DNA from: Wolbachia endosymbiont of Drosophila innubila
GTDB taxonomy: Bacteria; Pseudomonadota; Alphaproteobacteria; Rickettsiales; Anaplasmataceae
DNA: 32,000 nt
Assembly: GCF_021378375.1 (NCBI RefSeq)
Contig: NZ_CP076228.1
Location: 510,001-542,000, forward strand
Direction: 5' to 3'
In this document: positions 23,732 through 30,599 of the stretch, one piece after another
How positions within the stretch are numbered: the first letter of the stretch is position 1
Layout: the number at the start of each line of letters is the position of its first letter
The notes under the pieces: model-generated
The model's database searches: none
What the model saw: the letters and a program-made list of their open reading frames with translations, nothing else
Told to the model about the DNA's origin: nothing
Made by a program: the position numbers and the translations under genes

Positions 23732-24256
23732 TTAAAACTTAATATTAGATAATTCTTGTAATGAGTTTGTAATCTCTTCGGTTAGCGCCATATGAATCTT
23801 TTCAGTGTCACTCAGTGATGCAAGCAGTGCTGAAACTCTATTTGGAATATTAAGCAAATTATTACGTATAACTCTTGCTACATTAAATGCATCGCGCTTT
23901 ACTTCCTCTACTGCTACAAGTTCACCAATCTCAGCCTTAGCTTTCGCCTCAAGAAGTTTACCTCGTTCCATTTCATTTTTTATTCGAGTTTTTAGCAACA
24001 TCGTGGAAAGGTTACTTGTATTTTCGTTTTCTGGATTTTTCCTCCTAAGTGGCTGACTTGGATCTCTTATTGCCGCTACTGCTTCATTTGCTTGTTCTCT
24101 ATTTACCAAACCATTCTCCAACTCAATTATTCCTTTTTTTACTAAATAACAGACATATTGCTTTGAAACTCCTATCTCTCTTGCCCATTCCGTTTGTGTG
24201 ATCTTTTCCACTTCTTTTGCCCCTTTATTGCTGTTTTTCTTCTTGAATTTGTGCAA
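23732..24256 (-). CDS. Phage DNA-packaging (terminase small subunit/Nu1-like) protein
   Basis: 174 aa with N-terminal HTH ITQTEWAREIGVSKQYVCYLVKKGII, then a coiled region LLKTRIKNEMERGKLLEAKAKAEIGELVAVEEV, located next to the terminase block. Confidence 0.7.
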   Translation of the reverse strand: MHKFKKKNSNKGAKEVEKITQTEWAREIGVSKQYVCYLVKKGIIELENGLVNREQANEAVAAIRDPSQPLRRKNPENENTSNLSTMLLKTRIKNEMERGKLLEAKAKAEIGELVAVEEVKRDAFNVARVIRNNLLNIPNRVSALLASLSDTEKIHMALTEEITNSLQELSNIKF

Positions 24257-25491
24257 AAGTTTTGCCAGTACCAGAAAGAATTGCTTCCCTACCTGTGTAT
24301 ACTTGCCAACGTTTTATCGTTACATCTACAAATTTTGAATCTAGCTCTATTGTTCTGCAAATTCTTCCTGTTCTCTCACATGCAATCAGTGTGCTGCCAG
24401 AACCGCTAAATGGATCAAGTACAGTATCCCCAGGTCTGCTGCTATTAACTATTGCTTTCTCCATTAGCTCTACTGGCTTCATTGTTGGGTGCAGTGAGTT
24501 ATGTATTGGCTTATCATAAAACCATAGATCACTTTGATTTCTACCTCCATGCCACTCACGTTTAATTGCCGCTTTTCCATCCATAGAGCATTGCTTCGTA
24601 TTGTCTTTGATAATCAGACCTGCCTAGCGTAAAATGATTCTTTGCCCAAATGATAAATGTTGACCATTTTCCTCCTGCTTCCTCAAATGCTTTTTGCAGC
24701 GTTGAAAACTCTGATGATGATATGCAGATGTAAATTGCTCCTTTCGTATATGCTAAAATATTGGAACAGATGTCGTAGAGAAAAAGCTCATACTTTTCAC
24801 CTTGATTATCATTCAATATTTTTTTATCTTCTCTCTCCCGGCTACTACCATAATCAACGTTATATGGAGGATCACAAACAGTAATATCTGCCATTTTATC
24901 ATCTAATACTGCTTTAAATGATTCAACTACGCAGCTATCACCGCAATAGATTCTATGATCACCTAAAATCCATAAATCCCCTGGTTTTGCTATTTCTACC
25001 TTTTTATCAATTAACTCCAAAACTCCTCTTTCTACTTCTTCTTTTCCATCAAAATCATCGAGAAAACGTTGAACTTTTTCCAATTCAAATCCAGTCATTT
25101 TAAGATCAAACTGCAAATCTTCTAACTCTTGAATTTCCACTTTCAAAAGCTCATCGTCCCACTTTGCCCAGTTAGCTGATTGATTTGCCAGTAACCGAAA
25201 AGCTTTAGTTTGTGGTTCATTTAAATTATCACTTAAGACCACTGGAATACTCTCCATACCAAGTTTTCTTGCTGCTTTAAGTCTTAAATGACCATCAACC
25301 ACAGTTCCATCGCTTTTTGCAACTATTGGTATACGAAAGCCAAATTCCCTGATTGAAGCGCACATTCTATTTACTACATCATCATTTTTACGAGGATTAC
25401 GCTTATATTCGACGAGGTTTTCAACAGGATAGTAGTGGATTGCTAAATTCATATAACTTAAATCCTTAATAATTAAAAAGTTAATATTCAA
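24225..25491 (-). pseudogene. ParB-like nuclease domain fused to a DNA methyltransferase, frameshifted
   Basis: 25491-24562: ParB-like VENLVEYKRNPRKNDDVVNRMCASIREFGFRIPIV...VDGHLRLKAARKLG and methylase DPPYNVDYG. 24584-24225, another frame: SDLWFYDKPIHNSLHPTMKPVELMEKAI...TVLDPFSGSGSTLIACERTGR. The two frames overlap at about 24562-24584. Confidence 0.88.
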
Positions 25492-25565
25492 AATATCTCT
25501 GACGCTAAAGAAGGCCTGGGGTTGAACCCACCAAATCCGCCATTCTGGCTGAAAGGACCCACTTT

Positions 25566-26021
25566 TTATGGATTTTTCGTCTTATTAATATCTTTACTAA
25601 TATAGAACATTAATGCCAAAGCATCGGCCTCATTATCATCTCTAGGTGAAAAACTTTTTTCACGTATCGCTTCAATAACTTCACTCTTACTTGCATTGCC
25701 TTTGCCTGCTATAAAGCGTTTTATAGTTTTAACATTAACACCTTGGTAGGGAATATTGTTCTCTTCACACCAAGCAGACAGCACTGCAAGAAACCCACCG
25801 TAGCAATGGGCTGCATCAGTTCCTAAATGTCTTCTCACCTCCTCAAAGTACACTGCAGAAATGTCTTTCAAAGAATTGAGCCAATTGCAAAAGTTTAAGA
25901 AACACATTCCACCTCCGCTGAAACGACTACCATGAAAGCTTTTGCTCCCACTTTCAATTATTCCATCTGTTAGAATTGCCCAGCCTGTTTGCTTGCCGAG
26001 ATCTAGCGTTAAGATTGACGT
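25566..26021 (-). CDS. RuvC-like Holliday junction resolvase/RNase H-fold nuclease, apparent ACG start
   Basis: The listed ORF starts internally at 25907. The same frame stays open to 26021, giving TSILTLDLGKQTGWAILTDGIIESGSKSFHGSRFSGGG-MCFLNFCNWL...FEEVRRHLGTDAAHCYGG...KRFIAGKGNASKSEVIEAI...DDNEADALALMFY. An AGGAG (26033-26029) sits 7 nt before the ACG at 26021-26019. Confidence 0.75.
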   Translation of the reverse strand, partial: TSILTLDLGKQTGWAILTDGIIESGSKSFHGSRFSGGGMCFLNFCNWLNSLKDISAVYFEEVRRHLGTDAAHCYGGFLAVLSAWCEENNIPYQGVNVKTIKRFIAGKGNASKSEVIEAIREKSFSPRDDNEADALALMFYISKDINKTKNP

Positions 26022-26062
26022 ACAAAAACTCCTTTGTGTAATTAAAGTTCAATGCCCTGTAT

Positions 26063-26101
26063 AATATATATGTACGATGACTCGCAAATTCGTCCGCAAT
26101 T
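26063..26101 (-). promoter_or_regulatory. Candidate phage promoter element, copy L, driving the leftward unit
   Basis: Minus strand AATTGCGGACGAATT-TGCGA-GTCATCGTACATATATATT. Near-identical to the 27131-27170 plus-strand copy, with a poly-T tract on its upstream side. It lies 41 bp upstream of the RuvC-like gene. Confidence 0.6.
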
Positions 26102-26559
26102 TTGAAAAAAAAATTAAAAAAAATTTCATATCCTGCCATTTGAGTTTTTACTTATCTTAATAATTATTTTACATAACTTATATTACGCCAATATTTATAT
26201 TATTATATTATCATATATTATATTTTACCTGTATTTAAATATATATATAATATATATAAGACTTCAGTAATCCGTAAATCCTCTTCACTGGCCGATTTTA
26301 GCCACTTAACTTTAGAAACGGCTTTTAGGAATAGAACATAAAAAAGACAATATTATCAATAACTTAACGATTACTGCTTTCTGAAATACTAATTAGTAAT
26401 TCAGAAATTAGGTACGAAATTGGTAGTTTTTTACCTATGAAAAAGTAGCTTCAGTAGTGTATCAAAACGTTTAAATCTTATTTTAATTTTTAAAGATTTT
26501 ATTCTTTTAGATAAAAAAATTATTACTACTTTTTTATAATAAATTAGTCATACAAAGTC
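26102..26559. other. AT-rich intergenic region between divergent phage transcription units
   Basis: About 450 bp very AT-rich, with runs such as AAATATATATATAATATATATAAG and repeated ATATTATAT-type motifs. No credible ORF. Confidence 0.5.
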
Positions 26560-26598
26560 TTGGTAAAAATCTCTATTCATGAAACTTTTGGAGTTTTT

Positions 26599-27093
26599 AT
26601 GAAGAATTCTTATCAAGGAATCGATTCTACAATTGTTAAACATGTGAGATTTCAAGCTTCGCGCCTTAAATCCAAAAGCTGTTTTATTAACGAAAGTCTC
26701 GAAGATATAGAACAAGAGCTTTTTTGTCAGGTTTGGCAATATCTTAACCGGCACGATGAGAAAAGAAGTAGTTTTAGTACTTTCGTTGCTAGATTAGCTA
26801 ATTATTGTGCTCGCAATATGTTACGCAATCAGTTATGTCTAAAACGTAATATAACTTTTGATGATATAAACGACGATATTCCAGATCATAGGAACTCGGA
26901 AATCGAAGCGATAATTCGCACTGATATAAATAATATAATTTCAACTTTGTCTGAAAAAGATAGTAATTTATGTCAATTACTTAAGGTATTTACTATTACT
27001 GAAGTTTCTGTAATAACCAAAATACCAAAGACAACTATCTATCGCACACTAGAACGAATACGCAATAAATTCTCAGTTTTAGAGAAGTTATAA
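26599..27093 (+). CDS. Phage sigma-70-like RNA polymerase sigma factor
   Basis: From ATG 26599 with GGAG upstream. ESLEDIEQELFCQVWQYLNRHDEKRSSFSTFVARLANYCARNMLRNQ resembles sigma region 2. LSEKDSNLCQLLKVFTITEVSVITKIPKTTIYRTLERIRNKF resembles region 4 HTH. Confidence 0.75.
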   Translation: MKNSYQGIDSTIVKHVRFQASRLKSKSCFINESLEDIEQELFCQVWQYLNRHDEKRSSFSTFVARLANYCARNMLRNQLCLKRNITFDDINDDIPDHRNSEIEAIIRTDINNIISTLSEKDSNLCQLLKVFTITEVSVITKIPKTTIYRTLERIRNKFSVLEKL

Positions 27094-27130
27094 GCTCTCG
27101 ATTATATTTGCTCAAAAATTTTTTTTTGCA

Positions 27131-27170
27131 AATTGCGGACGAATTGCCTAGGTCATCGTACATATATATT
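27131..27170 (+). promoter_or_regulatory. Candidate phage promoter element, copy R, driving the rightward unit
   Basis: AATTGCGGACGAATT-GCCTAG-GTCATCGTACATATATATT, preceded by a TTTTTTT tract. It ends 17 nt before the ATG at 27188. Confidence 0.6.
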
Positions 27171-27187
27171 TAGGTACTGGGAGAAAA

Positions 27188-28009
27188 ATGAAAATAATGA
27201 ACAGCAATGAACGGCTAAAAGTTCAAACAGGTATAAAAATGGTCATCTTTGGTCCTTATGGTATAGGTAAAACTAGTCTCTTAAAGACCATAAATGAACC
27301 AACACTTTGTCTTGATTTTGAGGCAGGTTTACTTGCCGTTCAAGATTGGCAAGGGGATTCTGTAAGTATTCGTACTTGGAATGAGGCAAGAGATATTGCA
27401 TGTCTCATAGGTGGTCCTAATCCTGCGTTAAAATCTGACTCAGCGTATAGCCAAAGACACTATGAGCATGTATCCAGTAAATACAAAGAGCTTTCTTCAG
27501 AGTTTCTCAAGTATCGATGTGTTTTTATCGATAGTATTACAGTAGCCTCTCGTTTATGTCTATTATGGGCAAAAATGCAACCTGAAGCTTTTTCTGAAAG
27601 ATCAGGAAAACAAGATATGAGAGCTGCTTACGGGTTACTTGCTCAAGAGATGATGGCTTGGCTCAATCAGTTTTAACATATTCCAAATAAAGACATCATT
27701 ACAGTTGGAACTCTTGGACAATACCTCGATGATTTCAATCGCTCGACTTGGCTACCTCAATGTGAAGGAGCTAAAACTGCAAGTGAAATTCCTGGGATAG
27801 TTGACGAAGTAATTAGTATGGTTGGAATCAAGAAAGATGATGGTACAGAGGTTCGTTCATTTGTCTGTCAGACGATTAATTCTTGGGAATATCCTGCTAA
27901 AGATCGAAGTGGTTGCCTTAATATGGTTGAAGAACCGCATCTAGGAAAACTTCTTAAAAAAATTAAAACTAAAGCTTTTGCAATTCAACCTGTCACGCCC
28001 AACATATAG
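27188..28009 (+). pseudogene. Phage RecA/Sak4-like nucleotide-binding ATPase interrupted by an in-frame TAA
   Basis: Walker A FGPYGIGKTSLLK, Walker B-like CVFIDSITVAS. TAA at 27674-27676, then the same frame continues HIPNKDIITVGTLGQYLDDFNRSTWLPQCEG... to 28009. Confidence 0.7.
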
Positions 28010-28020
28010 GAGGTTATTAT

Positions 28021-28809
28021 ATGCTACAAAACTTTTTAACTATTGGTCAAAAAATTCCTTTTTTCAGTGTGAAAGAATACTTGGACGATCGATCGCCAAC
28101 ACCAGAGGATATAATCTCACCAAGAATTTTAACAAAAAGAGGCTTATTGGTACTGGGTGGCCCACCTAAAATCGGCAAAAGCGACTTTTTGATTTCATGG
28201 CTCGTTCATATGGCTGCAGGTGTTTCTTTTCTTGGTATGGCTTCAAATAGACCTTTAAAAATTTTCTACATGCAAACTGAAATTGAATATGAATATATGA
28301 AAGAACGTTTGCAATAACTTGATAATGAACTTTTGAATGTAGCTGCTAACAACTTAATCATTACGCCAAAAGTGCACTTATCATTTAATCATGATGAAAT
28401 AAGTGAAATTAAGGAGATTGTAAATGAACGCTTTAAACCTGATGTTTTGGCCATAGATCCATTACGTAGCATCTTTAGCAGTGAATATGGGAATGAAAAT
28501 GATAATAGTGCTATGCTGTTCTTTCTGCAAAAGACTCTTGAGAAGCTACGCAGTGCTGTCAATCCAGATGCTTGTATTGTACTCACTCATCATACAAAAA
28601 AATTATCGAAAAAGATGCTCGAAGAAGATCCATTTCAAGGCCTAAGTGGTGCTGGATCTTTACGTGGATTTTACAGTACTGGTATGGTGATGTTTGCTCA
28701 TGATGAAGAAAGCAGTGCACGCCAGATAGTATTTGAGCTTCGCAATGGTGAACGCGTGCCAAACAAACTTGTCGATAAGATAAATGGTCATTGGCAGCTA
28801 ATGGAATAG
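28021..28809 (+). pseudogene. RepA/AAA_25-like ATPase cassette with in-frame TAA
   Basis: GGPPKIGKSDFLISWLVHMAAGVSFLG...FYMQTEIEYEYMKERLQ*LDNELLNVAANNLIITPKVHLSF...VLAIDPLRSIFS...VLTHHTKKLSKK...GAGSLRGFYSTGMVMF. The TAA is at 28318-28320, with the same frame open on both sides. Confidence 0.8.
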
Positions 28810-28846
28810 CTAACTTTCACTTTAAAGTCAACTTATAGGAGAGCGT

Positions 28847-29347
28847 ATGCTACAAGATTTTTTAACTGATTTTAATAATGCAAAACTGCAGAACAATTTA
28901 ATACCGAAAGGTACAATAGTCAAGGTAAAAATGGCAATAAAGCCTGGAGGTTATGAAAATTGGTTCACTAAAAACTACACTACTGGCAGTATCTATTTAA
29001 ATGTAGAATTTACCGTCACTGAAGGCTCATATGCAAAACGCAAGATTTTTCAGATTATAGGTATCAAAAATGGCAAAGCAGAAGGTGAAGAAGACATCTG
29101 GGGAGAATCTGGACGTTCTATGCTGCGTAGTATTTTGGAATCATCCAGAAATATTCATGCAAATGACACTTCAGAGAAAGCAGTGACTGCTAGAAGAATA
29201 AACTCTATAGCTGATTTCAACGATTTAGAGTTTACAGCAAAAGTAGGCATTGAAACTAATAATACATACGGAGATAGAAATAGGATTACTACAGTTATTA
29301 CTCCAGAATTACAAAAAAGTTTTCAAGATGATTGGTTGCCATTTTGA
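28847..29347 (+). CDS. DUF669-like phage protein, possibly ssDNA-binding or recombination-associated
   Basis: 166 aa: KGTIVKVKMAIKPGGYENWFTKNYTTGSIYLNVEFTVTEGSYAKRKIFQIIGIKNG...IWGESGRSMLRSILESSRNI. Confidence 0.65.
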   Translation: MLQDFLTDFNNAKLQNNLIPKGTIVKVKMAIKPGGYENWFTKNYTTGSIYLNVEFTVTEGSYAKRKIFQIIGIKNGKAEGEEDIWGESGRSMLRSILESSRNIHANDTSEKAVTARRINSIADFNDLEFTAKVGIETNNTYGDRNRITTVITPELQKSFQDDWLPF

Positions 29348-30582
29348 AGTATGACGAAGGAAAGTTGTGGGCTGCTGTTATTACTAGAGCTATTCAGGAT
29401 GCAGCAGGAAAAAACCCTAAACTTAAAAAAGAGGCTTGTCAATGGATTCGCTCACGATCTTTTGAAACTGTTTGTGAGCTGGCTAATCTTGACTTTAAAC
29501 GTCTAAAAAATATGTTGAACAAATTTGGAATAAACAAGGAGAATTTTATGGATTTTTCATCTAAAAATGCTTTGAAAATAAAATCATTATTAATTAATAA
29601 CATCAAAGATTGTTTATCTTATTTGTTACCTGAAGGCAAATCTTACCAAGATAAATTCTATATTGGCAGTAGAAATGGAAATAAGATAATAGTTGAAATG
29701 GAAGGAGAAAATGCAGGAAATTGTTACAACCTGATCGAAGAAAAGAAAGGAAATATAATAGACCTTTGGACTTTAGTTAAAGGTAATATAGATTCTGCTG
29801 AAACATGGTTGAACGGTAAAGATGAAAGAAGTTCCATATTACAAGAAAAACAAAACGAAGAAAAAGCATTTTCTGTAAACCATTACTTAAACGATAAATC
29901 ACCAATGCCAAAAGATATAATAGGCCCAAGAATTTTGACACCAGGTGGTCTTTTGGTCATAGGTGGTACTCCAAAGATTGGCAAAAGTCATTTTCTTCTT
30001 TCTCTATTAGTACATCTGGCAGCAGGAAGATCATTTCTTGGCATGAAGCCTACAAGACCACTAAAAATATTCTATCTACAAAACGAAATGGAATATGATT
30101 ACATTAGAGAACGTATACAACAACTCAACAAACTTCCTCATTTAGCAACAGAAAACTTAGTTGTGACGAACAAGATGAATTTGACCTTAAATGAAGAAGG
30201 TATAGAAAAAATAAAAAATATGGTAGAGGAAAAGTTTGATTTAGTTGTGATTGATTCTCCTTATAATTCCGTTAACTATGGTCTGCAGCATGCAATAGAA
30301 AAACTGCGTTCCAAGATTAATCCTATGGCTGGAATAATCATCATAAATCACACCAAAAAAGTATCTACCTCTACATTGGAAAAGAATCCATTTCAAGCTC
30401 TCGTTGGTGCTAACGCTTTAAGAAGTTTTTATACATCTGGAATAGTAATATTTCAACCCAATAAACGTACAAATATCTTACAAGTAGTATATGAACTTAG
30501 AAACGGTAGATCTATACCAACAAAATTCATCAATAAGATTAATGGATGTTGGAAAACTGCTAACGTTATAGCTAGAACATAA
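29344..30582 (+). CDS. Chimeric phage protein: small N-terminal domain + primase-like N-domain + RepA/AAA_25 ATPase
   Basis: KYDEGKLWAAVITRAIQDAAGKNPKLKKEACQWI segment, then LINNIKDCLSYLLPEGKSYQDKFYIGS..., then GGTPKIGKSHFLLSLLVHLAAGRSFLG...DLVVIDSPYNS...IIINHTKKVS. Probable TTG start at 29344 overlaps the previous TGA. Confidence 0.7.
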   Translation: MKYDEGKLWAAVITRAIQDAAGKNPKLKKEACQWIRSRSFETVCELANLDFKRLKNMLNKFGINKENFMDFSSKNALKIKSLLINNIKDCLSYLLPEGKSYQDKFYIGSRNGNKIIVEMEGENAGNCYNLIEEKKGNIIDLWTLVKGNIDSAETWLNGKDERSSILQEKQNEEKAFSVNHYLNDKSPMPKDIIGPRILTPGGLLVIGGTPKIGKSHFLLSLLVHLAAGRSFLGMKPTRPLKIFYLQNEMEYDYIRERIQQLNKLPHLATENLVVTNKMNLTLNEEGIEKIKNMVEEKFDLVVIDSPYNSVNYGLQHAIEKLRSKINPMAGIIIINHTKKVSTSTLEKNPFQALVGANALRSFYTSGIVIFQPNKRTNILQVVYELRNGRSIPTKFINKINGCWKTANVIART

Positions 30583-30599
30583 AAATTCTTCAGGTAGGT

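Noticed and set aside
25500-25560. Possible tRNA-like T-arm on the minus strand (GGTGGGTTCAACCCCAGGCC)
   Set aside because: No acceptor stem, anticodon arm or D-arm could be fitted around it, and it lies in a short gap between phage genes.
26063-27170. Interpreting the inverted 39/40-bp pair as transposon terminal repeats enclosing the sigma gene
   Set aside because: Not fully excluded, but each copy is internally divergent only in the centre, points into an adjacent operon at promoter-like distance, and shows no transposase or target duplication, so a regulatory role fits better.
27671-28323. Recoding of TAA as a sense codon to read through the phage ATPase stops
   Set aside because: Other genes in the window, such as the prophage DUF669/RepA-type genes and host genes, use TAA or TGA normally as terminators, and one interrupted site matches a Gln codon in its paralogue. 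Simple nonsense mutation is more economical.
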